Shown one piece after another: positions 1 to 12,712 of a stretch of DNA of 64,000 nucleotides (position 1 is its first letter; every line of letters begins with the position of its first letter). Location: positions 868,001 to 932,000 of the forward strand of contig BDGG01000008.1 of the NCBI GenBank assembly GCA_001949185.1, read 5' to 3'. The notes below the pieces were generated by a model. It was not told the DNA's origin. It made no database searches and worked only from the letters and a program-made list of their open reading frames with translations. Origin of the DNA: Ramazzottius varieornatus (Eukaryota; Animalia; Tardigrada). The position numbers and the translations under genes are program-made.

Positions 1-110
1 AAAGGAACCGAAGGTGGACACGCCCACAAACTTGGTTTCTTCAGGTAACGTTCATTTGTCGTCGCCCACCGGTAACGTACGTAGCAACTTCGTCCCATTT
101 CGTCTCGCCG

Positions 111-498
111 AATTTTATAACGCGACTTTTCCCCAGACGAGTTCCTCTTTCAGATTCATTTGCGAAATTTCTAGCTTTTGTGGCAGCTTGTTCCGGATTT
201 TCGCGTGTGTCAAGAAAGACTGAAGGTGTTTGCAAATCTTCCCGGATCTCCGTAGTGAACGAGAGTCTCAACAAACCTCTGTTTTAGTACAAAGGTAGCC
301 ATCGATTCGATCTCGGACATCGCAGAAAATGTTTCCTCCCGGAACCGAATTCAAAAGTTTCTGACAAAATTTTAGTTATGATTCCTGATTTTATGGTGAT
401 TAGTTTTATGGAACGAAAGTCAGAGATTGTGGAAGGTGCGCAGGAGTGAAGCGTGTTGGTTGGATATCAATTAATTCACCCAAATTTTTTCTTCGCAG
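111..498 (+). promoter_or_regulatory. Putative HSP70 core promoter (TATA-like TTTATAA at about 114-120), non-coding first exon and 5'UTR intron (about 295-498)
   Basis: TATA-like motif, an AAG|GTAGCC donor near 294, and a polypyrimidine-CAG acceptor at 498 just upstream of the ATG. An nGAAnnTTC-like element lies at about 164-173. Confidence 0.4.
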
Positions 499-511
499 AT
501 TTGTAGCGAAG

Positions 512-3046
512 ATGGCCAAAGCACCCGCTGTCGGAATCGATCTGGGAACTACCTACAGTTGTGTGGGAGTCTTCCAGCACGGCAAGGTTGAGATCATCGC
601 CAACGACCAGGGTAACCGAACAACGCCCAGCTATGTTGCGTTCACCGATACTGAACGATTGATTGGAGATGCCGCCAAGGTAAGGAAACTTCTGGAAAGA
701 TCTGTAACGCTTGGATGGAAGTATTGAGAGATGAAGGCAATTCATTCCCTGTTGTCCTTTTTAGAATCAGGTAGCCATGAACCCAGTCAACACGGTCTTT
801 GACGCCAAGCGACTGATTGGTCGTCGCTTCGACGATCCCAGTGTTCAGAGTGACATGAAGCACTGGCCCTTCAAAGTCATCAACGAAGCCACCAAGCCCA
901 AGATCCAAGTCGAGTACAAGGGCGAAACCAAGAGCTTCTTCCCGGAAGAAATCTCCTCCATGGTGCTGATCAAGATGAAGGAGACTGCCGAAGCTTACCT
1001 GGGCAAGACCGTCACCAACGCCGTCGTCACCGTCCCAGCCTACTTCAACGACTCCCAGCGTCAAGCCACCAAGGATGCCGGAGTCATTGCTGGCCTCAAC
1101 GTTCTCCGCATCATCAACGAGCCCACGGCCGCTGCCATCGCTTACGGTCTCGATCAGAAGGTAAGAAATATCTCTAAGAGAAACTCGTTTGTTTTATCAA
1201 GTCGCGCTCTCTGATGGCTTAACTGCCGTTGAAGTGCTCCGGTTTAGTCGGGCAGTGGGAGAATGGATTGGGTTTGTGTTTTCTAGGTTGGTGGAGAACG
1301 CAACGTTTTGATCTTCGACTTGGGGGGCGGTACTTTCGATGTGTCTATCCTGACCATTGAAGAAGGTATCTTCGAAGTCAAGTCGACCGCTGGAGACACC
1401 CATTTGGGTGGTGAAGACTTCGACAACCGAATGGTCACCCACTTCGTGCAGGAGTTCAAGCGAAAACACAAGAAGGACATCTCCGACAGCCCTCGGGCTC
1501 TCCGTCGTCTCCGAACAGCCTGCGAACGTGCCAAGCGAACCCTGTCGTCCAGCACCCAAGCCAGCATTGAGATTGACTCGCTCTTTGACGGCATCGACTT
1601 CTACACTTCCATCACCCGAGCTCGCTTTGAAGAACTGTGCGCTGACATGTTCCGAAGTACCTTGGACCCCGTCGAGAAGGCCCTGAAGGACGCCAAGATG
1701 GACAAGAACCAGATCAACGAGATCGTCCTCGTCGGAGGATCCACCCGTATTCCCAAAGTCCAAAAACTCCTTCAGGTACGAGTAGTTATTTCAAATTCCC
1801 TTTTGCCTAATCAAGTGGCGCCTTTCTCCTTCCAGCTCGCGCACCTTTGTGCTGCAAACACAGTCATGGTGCGCGGGTGCAGTTAGGTGGTGCGCCGGTG
1901 TTGAAGTTTGGATTGACGGGACAAATTCAACTTCGGTTTGATGTTGTGTAGGATTGTTTCAACGGAAAGGAGCTGAACAAGTCGATCAACCCCGACGAAG
2001 CCGTGGCTTATGGAGCGGCAGTGCAAGCAGCTATCCTGTCTGGTGACAAGTCGGAAGCGGTGCAAGATCTGCTGCTGTTGGACGTCGCTCCTCTGTCCAT
2101 GGGTATCGAGACTGCCGGTGGTGTTATGACTGCCCTCATCAAACGGAACACAACCATTCCCACCAAACAGACACAGACCTTCACTACATATTCAGACAAC
2201 CAGCCTGGTGTCTTGATTCAAGTGTACGAAGGTGAACGTGCAATGACCAAGGATAACGTAAGTGAAGTTTCGAAATTTCGAATTGCGAGTGAATGTGAGG
2301 GAGAACTGAAAAGTGACCTGTGGTCTTCTGTTGTAGAATCTACTGGGTAAGTTTGAGCTTGTGGGTCTTCCACCTGCACCTCGTGGAGTTCCTCAGATAG
2401 AAGTTACCTTTGACGTGGACGCCAACGGTATTCTTAACGTGTCGGCCGTCGACAAGAGCACAGGCAAGGAGAACAAGATCACCATTACCAACGACAAGGG
2501 TCGCCTGACCAAAGAACAGATCGAGAATATGGTCCGCGATGCCGAGAAGTACCGAGACGAAGACGAGAAGCAGCGCGACAAGATCTCTGCCCGCAACGCC
2601 CTGGAAAGCTACTGCTTCTCCATCAAACAGACTTTGGATGATGACAAGCTGAAAGACAAGGTCGATGCTGCTGATCGTCAGACCATAACGAGCAAGATTG
2701 AGGAGACCCAGAAGTGGATGGACGCAAATTCGGTAAGTCCTCTTTGACGTTCCCTGGTCAAGTGGCGCGCTGTTGTAACCAAACTTCTGTTTCACGTGCG
2801 GGGATTAGTTGGGGAGATGTGTGACTGACTGTCTGGTTGCTTTTGTAGCTTGCAGAGAAGGAGGAATTTGAGCACAAGCAGAAGGAACTGGAGAAAATTT
2901 TCAACCCCATCATCACCAAGATCTACGGTGCTGGTGGAGCTCCTCCCGGAGCGGAAGGTGGTATGCCTGGCGGTTTCCCTGGTGGCATGCCTGGCGGTGC
3001 CGGCCATGGTGGCGCTGGTGGACCCACTATCGAAGAGGTCGATTAA
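512..3046 (+). CDS. Hsc70: Cytosolic heat shock 70 kDa protein (HSC70/HSPA8-type), 650 aa, 6 coding exons: 512-679, 765-1160, 1287-1775, 1952-2257, 2337-2732, 2849-3046
   Basis: HSP70 signatures [22 protein letters not shown] and [14 protein letters not shown]; GGMP repeats; C-terminal GPTIEEVD. All introns are GT-AG and the spliced length is 1953 nt. AATAAA at about 3262. Confidence 0.98.
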
Positions 3047-3449
3047 TACCTTTTGATCTTTTTGGTGGCTAACTGTACTATGGTTGATCACTCTTTCTTT
3101 TTTCGTGAAGCTAGTGTTGGGCACTTTTCCGGAAGTGACCAGTCTAATTTTTCTTTTTGAAGTCGTCATTTTCTTATCCTTTCGTTGTCAGCGCCAAATG
3201 CTTACGCTTTTAGCTGTATTTCTCCCAATTTGAAATGCTGCAAATTATACTTTGAGGAAGTAATAAAGCGAAGGTGAGGAAAGAGTATATTGGTGTGCGA
3301 AGAATACATCTACGGTGAACTGAAAGCGAAGAGGGTAAATTCAACGGCGAGCCGAAGCGAACAAAAAAGTGCAGTGAGTGCGCAGATAATCAAGTAATCA
3401 GCCCAAGCTGGTTGATCCATAATTCGAGGAAGAGTGGCGCTTCTCCGCT

Positions 3450-5765
3450 TTATAGTGCGGTATTCTCCGGTGAATCTGAGCGGTGGTAGTTGATTGACAC
3501 CCGACTAATGTGGCTTCCTGAGTCTTCCGGAAGACTCGGCGCCGAGGAAGAACTGGACGATATGGGCAGTGGTACTTTATTTAGGCTGTCGTTGTCAGCC
3601 GCTAGATCAAGCGTGCTCTCCTGCCACTCATAGTTTGCCGCACACGAGCTAGACGGTGGTTTCTTCCTGGTCAACGTTACAGGTAGCGGTGGAGAGAAAA
3701 CAGGGTCGGTCATGCCATATGTGAAAGTGGGGATGGACCCGAACGACGACCAGCCTGAGGTAATGTGGTACGGTCGAGTGAGGAACTGCGGGGTCTTCGG
3801 AACGTCGAACTCGCTGGGAGCGGACAGTGAGGGCGGTGGTTGCGCTGCTTTGACGACTGCACGTAATCGTCTTATGCGGATCCAACAGCAGACAAATATG
3901 ATGCCGGCGATCAGGGAAATGGCCAAGAGGATGGCGAGAACTAGGAGTCCGATGGAGAGTCCGTCAAGATGGAAGAAGCCGGTTCTCTCGCATGTTGTAA
4001 TACGCCGGATTTGCAGCCTGTAGTGGAGAAACTCCATAAGCTTGCTAGCATCCCGCTGGAGTTGGGGAAGTATTTCAGCGGCTGGAATGGCGAAACCCGG
4101 ACTTTGCAAAACATAGAAGCCAAATTCCTCCCTACAAGAAAGGCAACATCCATAAACATGCTTCTCTGTGGTTGCATATCGCAGATGTTACAAGTAGTAA
4201 TAACAATTATCGGTCTTCAGCAAGCAAAACGTCCCAGAGCTGATGGTCAAGTTAAGAAGATGAACCGTCAGTATTTAACACGATAGACGAGAATCAGTAA
4301 CTCGGTCTCGGCGGGGTGCCTCGGTGTCTAGATTGTTACTGCCGGCTTTGATCAACTCATCCGAAGAATTATGGTCGGTGGCAGTAACTGTAAAAAGAGA
4401 AAATTGACCCCAATAGCCACTCTGTGTAGAGCCGTAGGTGAGGTCGCGACATAGTGGACGGTATGGGCGACTACAGATCGTTAAAATACGCAAACATCAA
4501 GACTGCGAAACTCTCCGACGACCACGCATGGCTTCCTCGTAGACTTCTCCTCAACGTTGGCCATATTTACTCGCTATTGAAGTGTAAAATGCAGTTCGAG
4601 AAAGAAGTGAGTGAGAAGTTTTCCGGACATCATAGCTAATCGGCTAATTATTGATCGAATAAATTAACGTGTAGCTTATCAAAAGAAGGCTAGAAGCTAG
4701 ACATGCTCCACTGAAATACTAATACGATTGTGACGGGACGAAAGGTGTTGTGACTGTTGTCTGATCATTTATCATCGTTACAGTACTTGAATGAGTTTCT
4801 GTAGACCGGTACATACAGCAGATACGAGCGCGGTAACTTTCCTCGACCCACAAAATAATAAGATCCTATAGCAGTGCGGCGAACGAATTCAGCCAAATCA
4901 TTTTTCCAAGTGGCGCACGTTTCCGGCCAGTAGCGCTAAGAACGTGCGCCACTTGGACAGCGATCTGGTTGAGTTTGCTTGCCGAGATCCTATAACTATG
5001 ACGGACTTACCGGGAAGTTGCCTGTTTCGCCGTTGGGTACAGTCCGTGAGATTTGTACTCGGGAACCAGCAATAAGTTTCTTCCGTGCATGTCGACCGCG
5101 TTCCGAAGTTGGTGAAGCATGTCCAGTTCTTGTCTTTCCACACCTTCCGCCGCCAACCCGCCATCCTTAAGTACCATTCTCAAGCAATGCGTCTTATCCA
5201 CCACTGGCAACTGCAAGACAATAACAGATCAAAACCAGGTAAGCTTCCCCTGTTCACCATGAAGGTTTGCTGAAGTTAAGGGTACCCGAATTTCTTCTCC
5301 GACTTCAATTCCGGTGTCGTTGAACACAACTGTAACTCTCATCCGGAAGACGCCGCCGAGGAACCTAGTTAAGGGTTCCTGCGATCTCAACGTATTCTCC
5401 GTGCTGTTGAAGGAAAAGACTGCCACATCTTCCGAATCTCCAGTTGACCGCGAAATGAAATTAAGTGATGTAATCGTAAAGTCTGTTCCGGTTGGGAAGA
5501 CACGCGATAAAGAGACAACAGTGCTGTTGATGGGAGTGTCAACGTCCACGGGGATATCTGTATCTCCCAACCCAGTGGAGTACTCTGCAATCAGAATAAC
5601 TGCGTAAGAGACTCTACAGATGAAATGTCCATAAGCACAACAATAACAATAAAAATATGTGTCACAGCGCTCAGAAAATCATTAAGCGCAGCAAACATTA
5701 CCTTGCGCCATCGATCGAAGGTAGTTATGACAGAACCCCATAATTAGGTATATGAGGGTCTTCAT
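3450..5765 (-). CDS. Single-pass type I membrane protein, cadherin-related (signal peptide, one EC-like domain, membrane-adjacent domain, TM, cytoplasmic tail), about 414 aa; exons 5702-5765, 5286-5584, 5011-5210, 3450-4131
   Basis: Phase-consistent GT-AG splicing gives 1245 nt. It begins MKTLIYLIMGFC. The EC-like segment reads IPVDVDTPINSTVV...FSFNSTENTLRSQEPLTRFLGGVFRMRVTV. The TM segment GLSIGLLVLAILLAISLIAGIIFVCCW is followed by RIRRLR. Confidence 0.7.
4868..4993. repeat. Palindromic MITE-like dispersed repeat, copy 1 (intronic)
   Basis: Core CCAAGTGGCGCACGTT...AACGTGCGCCACTTGG with imperfect arms of about 50 bp; related copies occur elsewhere in the window. Confidence 0.75.
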
Positions 5766-7096
5766 GATAGTTCCCTGCAGATGAGCGTATTACTCGCCAA
5801 CCGAAGCCTTCAAAACTCCCAGTAAACTTTCTGGCGGGCTTTACAGTTCCACTTCCGGGTATAGGACTAATTGCAACAGCGCCATCAAATTCAAGCGAAG
5901 GTAGTTCGGCCAGAATATTTTGAAGACAAGTTAGATGACAGAATGCTCGATGGATGTTTTTCGAGATAATCAGTCGGAAATGGGCAGCGATAACTGGTCG
6001 AAATGGTAATTGATAAAGATTTGAACAATGTAGCGGTAAGCCGGAACTGAACGTCTTGATGCTCTGCGCGTACCTGCCTACTGCTCCGATGTCGTGATAG
6101 GCACACCGTGGTCAGCAGCGATGAGCACGTCAAATGATTATCAGGTCAACTGTTTTTTTCGCCTCAGCAGACAAAGTGCAACTATCTCTATGCTTGGTAC
6201 AACGTTATGGCCATCGGTCTGAAACCAGAAGGAGCAGCATTCTTGTGACTATTTTTCTCGAATAATGATCGAGAAAAGACTCACGTCAAACAGAGGCGTA
6301 GCACGTACGTGCGGACCGGTCCTTCTTCTGTCCATTGCCGGCAGCATTCCATTCAACCGGACCATATCGAAATGTTGTAGAATCCGCCAAAGTCGCTACA
6401 TCTCGTCGCGCTGTAAAGAACAGTTTATGAACCATGCAATCAATACATTTGGGTTTACGCACAGTATATGAATGTCCGTTGGTCAATCTCTCGTAGAACT
6501 CGAAGGTTATTGTTAGTGTATGGTCCGCGCTTACCGCCCAAACCTGATGTATGTGTTCGTACAAGAGCGCCCTAACTGCATGGAAATTTCGCGGAGTTTG
6601 CGCAGCCATCTTCAGTTTTGGGTCCGCGAACCACGAAGCAAGAGAGAACGACAATGTATGCCGAATCCAAAACGCTGATCTCGAAAATGGAAATAAAGCT
6701 TTCACGGGTACCTGCTCCATGCCTTATGACGGAAGCTTGGTCTAGTCTTTGATGAAGTGCCCTTGCGACACTCCTCATTTGCTCCACTTTCAACGATCGT
6801 ACCCAGCAGCCAGCAGATTGCTACTGTCTTAGTACTGTGAGCGAATTATCGAATCACGAAAAACCGTTTATCTCTCCCTGTAACCCACAAACACCTGCCA
6901 GTTAAATCTGTACAACATACTTGTAAATAAAATCTTGAGTACCGGTTAACTTGAAAGCTCGGTGGGACAGTATATAAAGGGGAAAAATTTGTGTTGAATC
7001 TTCCAGAAAAGGGTGAAAGAGAGGAACCTAAGACGCAGTAACTTTTCGCATTCCAGGCAACCGGAAAAGGTGTCAAACCTGGGCTTGCCGTAAATC

Positions 7097-7622
7097 TCAG
7101 TCGTCATCGTCAGGTATGAAGTATTCGTTCACCTCCATCAGTTCCGCAAACTTCTGACTCAGCCAGGCTCCGAAGAAGATGCCTCCACCACCGATCACGA
7201 TAGCTGCACAGATGCTCCCGTATGGTGTTCGATGCTGATAGGAAGATATCTTTCGGAACTTTTCCCAGTCGTCCAGAGAGGATGGATTGCTGTGGACGAC
7301 GCGACGGGGAACTGATACCACTGAAACAAAACACTCATAGCTCATAAGGCACTTCCGGTCGAGCAGAGCATTCAGCACGAAAGATACCTGCTGCGCGGCG
7401 CTCTACATTGCACAGGATTTGGTGGAAGGGATGAACAGCAGAGGTGTGGCTCGTTACACCGAGGTCCATGGCCTGCGTTGTCTCAAGAAAACAAGGTTCC
7501 GAACAAGCAACAGGCACGCATGGGTAGGTGTTCCACCGCTGATCGTAGGCTTGAAAGTTTCGCCGGATGCGTGTTCTTCGTCGAAGGAGATGGATCAGCT
7601 GTGCTATAATCGTGGAAGTCAT
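7097..7622 (-). CDS. SMDT1: Essential MCU regulator (EMRE/SMDT1)-like mitochondrial protein; exons 7388-7622 (start uncertain) and 7097-7320
   Basis: C-terminus IFFGAWLSQKFAELMEVNEYFIPDDDD matches the EMRE TM GxxxS and acidic tail (compare YVGTLISKNFAALLEEHDIFVPEDDDD). The N-terminus is Arg-rich and presequence-like. A phase-1 GT-AG intron joins the exons. Confidence 0.8.
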
Positions 7623-8045
7623 GCTTCGGCTGCACAAGCATAGCAGATTCGCATGTTGTCCAGTCGGACTCTTGACTCAAGATGGAAGTCCAGTGGAACA
7701 AAATCCATGGACCATGCCACCATGGGATCGAAACGTAAACAATCGGCCTGTCTAATCAACTCGAATGTATGTTGTCTCAATCAAGCGACGCAATTCGCCT
7801 TCGTTACTCGCTATGTGTCACTTCCGGTTCGAAGAGCCGAAAGTTTCACGGGAGAACTTCGGCATCCTATGGTGGTACTTTTTTGTCAGAGTCTATGGTG
7901 GTACTTCTTGGTCACAGTCTGATTCAATCGCATGTGAAACGGCCAGAAGCACATGGGGCAGCTCGAAACTCTTCGCACTGTTCGACGGATGGACAGCTAG
8001 GATTTCTAGATATTTACAAGCATGAAAGAACCCAGAGTTTTCATC

Positions 8046-10060
8046 TCAGCGCTTACCAAGCAATCTGTCATTTAGGGTCAACATCAAGGCAGGTGCCCTT
8101 TCCTCACCATAGACCAGAGCGTAAGACCCGCATTGGGTTGCGCGGACTAAAGTATTCGTTTTATCGCCAGCGTTCTTGTGAAGGGACTTCGGGGAGCTCG
8201 AAGAACCTCGTGGTGTTTCTGTACCGTTCAGTGTCCAAATTATAATGTTCCCTTCGCAGTCGACGGTAGTGATAGTCGCGGGATCCACATCCGACCACTT
8301 TACACTAACAACAGCCTTCTTCGAGGATAAAGACCATGTGGAGACTGGATGTTTCTTTTTGCGATCGTACAGGTTGACGGTTCCATCGTTCAGCCCGATG
8401 AGGTACAAATCAGGCTGCGGAAGTGAGAAGGCAAAACATTCCGAGGACATCACGCAACCTAAACATTGTATGTTCTTTAAATCTTATTCGAAAGCCCTCG
8501 CAGTAGAATCATCCAACGGAAATCGAGTGTGTACCTGGAGAACTAATATCTGGACTGTTCTGGGATACTTGCAAACCTTCTCGGTGGAAGCGTACCAGCT
8601 GTCCAGAGTCGTAAGCAAGAACAAAGCAAGAGTCGTTCGTGTGGTCAGCAAAGAGTCCGCAAGCCATGCCTGGGATGGACTTGGATGCAAGACGTCTTAT
8701 CCTGACGAGGATGAGCCGGCAGTTAGGCGTTGCACCTATGTGGAAATCGCTCGTGCCGGTGGCTGACTTCCGTATGACATTCCATACAATAACTGCACCG
8801 GACTTATCCACTGATACTACTTCCGGTGGGCTCGAACCTACGATGAAAGAAAGACTGATCGATACCATCGCATACCTCTAGTATGAAGAATTACTTACTG
8901 ATTCCACTATCCCGTTTAGGCAGAACTTTAATGTCTGCGACGCTCTCTTTATGATTTTCGTCCATTGCGGCGCAGGAATAAAAAGACGGTACTTCCTGGT
9001 CTTTCGCTCCGACATGAGATACTTCTGCAATCGGTTCTTGCGTTCCGTTCGCATGTACGTCCCCTTTCGTTGCTGGTCTCCTCAAACGTTGGAGGTTTTG
9101 ACAGCTCAAGCTCCCGTCGCGATGTCCAACCACGATTACAGTCTCTTTCATGATGCACAGAGCAAACGCGCATGTTGGTACCTCGAAAGCAGGAACGAGG
9201 AACTGCGGCAAGCTAACGTTGTTGGGTCGCCAACCGGAAACAAATCCCCGAGACGTACTATTTGTAAAAGGCCCAGCGCAATCCAAAAGAATACTATGAC
9301 AAAGCAAAAACAGGCTGGCATCAAGACCTTCCGATACAGCAACAGCGTTCTCTATCCGACAATCCGAGAACAGGAAGTCATGTTGAAACTGCTCTTCAAC
9401 AACAATAACTCTATCGCTGCCCATCTCCACGGAATGCGAGACTTTTTCTTCATGGACCTCTTCGGACATCAGATCGTCCAACAGTGCGGAAGCTTTTTTC
9501 AAGAAGTCCATTAGCCCTGGAACATCCAGCGGCTTTCTGTTCAAAGTCTTCGACACGTCCTTTATGCCAGCGAAAGGTGCCGCCTGGACATGCTCGGAAT
9601 CCATGGCCGAAGGCAAAGCAGGGTTCTGGGTCCATGCGGACCTCTCTTCAATGTCGTCGGTCTGGTTCTCCGCGTTCGACCGGAAGTCCGACGAATCACT
9701 GGCAACCTACCGTGGACACAATACAGCATCAGCATTGAGTCAAGAATAAGATGACGACTACACAGACTACACAGAAATGTACATGGAATGAGCTTTACTG
9801 GACCTTATAGTTATGCCTTATTTGACGGAATGTGAAGCTGCAGTACTTACGGGAATTCCAGTGGATCTCTTCTGAGTGAACGAAAAGATAACTGCCCCAC
9901 TAACAGTAGCGGCAACGTTATTGTCAGAGCTCGCGACAGATCGGTCGTCAACCACTGGATCAGATCTAACACAGTCCAAGATTACAGGCTTTTCTGGATA
10001 GACAGAAGCACGCGGAGTATTAGACGACAGAAAATCTTCAAAATCCTCGTCATAATTCAT
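8046..10060 (-). CDS. DYNC2I1: Dynein-2 intermediate chain WDR60-like WD40 protein, about 577 aa; exons 9851-10060, 8899-9706, 8535-8837, 8046-8458
   Basis: Motifs YDEDFEDF, ENQTDDIEERSAWTQNP and LMDFLKKASALLDDLMSEE resemble WDR60 (YEDDFEDY, QTEEIETREVWTQHP, LxxFLxxAxxV). WD repeats lie downstream, and the splicing is phase-consistent. Confidence 0.75.
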
Positions 10061-11689
10061 CTTTAGAACGGAGACTCCTCAAAAGACTCCTGTCGCGATT
10101 TTGTAAACCAAACAGCTGTTAAAATATTCAGAATACGAATCAAAACGCAAAGAGTTAATGCCGTGAAAACATCAAAGGGAATAATTTAGACGAAACTGAA
10201 CGTACAGGTAAACGCATTTTTCTGCAGGATGCGAAAATCGATTATGCTCTTCCCCAAGCTGAGTCAAGCTCGATCTCAGTCGTGGAGTTCAGATGCTATT
10301 CTTTAAAGCGTCTTTACACAGACCGGCTTATCCAGAGCAGTTATGTGATAATCCGTGGGCATACCTTCACTCCTAGAAAATCCATAATCATGGCGCCTAT
10401 ATGAACAAACGAAAACTGTTATGAACGAGCTGAACACGGATAGCTGGAAGAACTAGCCGCGAAAGATCAACTCCATCGTTTTCGCTTTCACACATGCGTC
10501 CCGTATAGACAGATGAAACCGTCTAACCTCTTTCACGTGTATTACCGAACTCGGTCGAGAAAATAACAGTCCGCGTTCAACCCCTTCCTCCAATTGCATA
10601 CCTGGATGTTTCGACTTTCGAGTCTTCTACACCAGGTGGCACATGGACACTGCAGTATCTCTGCATATCCTTCACAGCAGTGACAGCCTTCCAAATGCGG
10701 TGCAAACATTTGACTGCAAAGAGAAAACAGCAAAATGTAGACCGCCAAGCACGCGGAACATTCAAAACGGAATCTCTCTCCATCTGACGCAGCGGCGAAT
10801 TCATTTAGCATGAGTGTCCATATCAAAAGGTCATTTCGGTACCTCTTGAGTCTACTTCTCGTGCTCGAACAATCCACAAATCTGACAACGTCTCAAAAGC
10901 CGAACTCACCCTGCTTTATTTCACCCATGAATCTAGCTGCATGATGGTACGTCTGTCATTGGTTCCCGCATCCATCGAGGACAATCAGGCACTAGCGACA
11001 GCAGCGAGCGAAAAGGATAGGCATCGGCCCGGAACACCGGTTGTCGGTCCATCCACAGCTTGAATCACCATCGTGTATCCACTTCCTCGGCGTTCCCGGC
11101 GGCGATAACGTGACGCCAAAATAGACTAAATCCGTTGTGATGACTGATGAGCATGCGCGGATCGGATCCAGACGCAGCGGTTGAATGGCAGCAGAACTTG
11201 GAAATCGGAAGACCGTCTGAGTCTGACAACCAAAACGAGATGCGAAATAGCGAATGTTGGAAATTTTCGGTTGCGCAAGACTGGAGAAGGCGGAGTCGTT
11301 CCGAATTTCCAGCCAATGAAAAAACAGGCGATCAAATATCATCGCAAATTCGACGTTGTTACTAGAAACGGCGAACCGTAATTAACACAGTGTGTTCTGC
11401 CGCCTGCCGGAAAGGAATTCTGAACGGAGTCTCTTTGCCATAAATTTGTTCAGAACTTCCGAAAATCGTCTAGTCTACTGTTGAGCGCATTTGTAGTCAA
11501 GTGTCTGTTTGCCACACTCAGGAACCATCATCAAAACTATCAGCCTTTTATCTGGTTGTTGATAACTTTTGAACAAGGAAGTTCGCTGAGATCAAGTAGA
11601 CTTTCCAAGAACTTACACGAGTAAGTTCGACATATTTACCCAAACAAAGTTCTGTAAACATAAAGTACAGTACTTGCTAGCTGCTTGGT

Positions 11690-12712
11690 TTAGGTGGCCG
11701 GTGGTTTCTGTTCCGATTTTTGGTCCCGGAGAGTCCGAGGTCCGAATGGATGTTCGACAACTGGCAGCGGCTTGTAGGGGAAGGCTTGGGACAGAGAACC
11801 GAGAAGGTTGTCAACGTTTTTGCGCTGATACTGTGTTCCCGTATCTTCAGTTTCTTTCTTGCTGTAGTCGAGCGGTGCGAAAGACACTCGGCCATTAGCA
11901 TTGTTGGGACTCTTTATATCCCATGAATATCCGTTTGAGGGATGGTACCGCACGTATGTGCTCATTTCCGTTTCAGCTGAACACAAGAAGTGCGAAGCAT
12001 TGGTCAGTCTGGAATTGATGATCGACCAGAGATCAGGACTCTTGTAGATGGACCCAGCGAGAATGTAATAGTACGACAACGGGATCGCTGCGAAAACAAA
12101 AGTTGTCAGTCACGAAGCTAACTCAATGACAACCTGTCCTTCCGCAGAATGGAGCACGAACAGTCAGAAATATTTCGCTTACACTGACTTACTTTCTGTT
12201 GGGGACAATCTCTGCTGCTTTCTGATCACATATAAAACAGGCTCTTGGAAATGGACGAGGTCGTATTCGGTGCCAATCATATTCCTGCAATGAAACATGA
12301 AAAAGCGGATCGGATCATTTTGCCTGAGACGCGATTGCTGGCAGCGATATCCCGGGTTCTACACGAACGAATCCTGTGTTGATGGCTATCGCTATATTCT
12401 CGAGGGTCGGGAGTATCACTTACTTAAGATGTTCCAAACTCAAGCGCTGCATCCTAATCTGCTCGTTGTTGCAGTGTGGATCATAGAACAGAGTGCACTG
12501 CGCAAAGTAATCCAAGACATTTGATGCATTGAGAAAGGGGAGCCAGGGCTGGTCCACCCATGATGTTCCTAAAGAGTTATCTACGCAAATGAGAAGAGCA
12601 TAGTTATTAGATATACGAGAGCATCGAACGACGTCCAGCGAAGCAACTTTACAGTACCTTTTGGATTAAGAGACACCCATACTGGAGGATTATCCGGTCG
12701 CGGAATACTCAT
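11690..12712 (-). CDS. MED6: Mediator complex subunit 6 (multi-exon)
   Basis: [26 protein letters not shown]...[40 protein letters not shown] and [12 protein letters not shown] are all MED6 hallmarks. Confidence 0.95.

Noticed and set aside
642-2795. Long antisense ORFs opposite HSP70 (642-1064, 1197-1763, 2340-2795)
   Set aside because: A well-known by-product of HSP70 codon bias. They largely track the sense exons and lack their own gene structure.
295-2848. U14 snoRNA in HSC70 introns, as in vertebrates
   Set aside because: No box C/D pair with the U14 antisense elements could be found in these introns.
4275-4493. ORF with FTVTATD, a cadherin-like motif, inside the mini-cadherin intron
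   Set aside because: There is an acceptor but no convincing donor, and the flanking exons join in phase without it.
6286-6720. 144-aa minus-strand ORF
   Set aside because: No recognisable motif or splice structure; could be chance.
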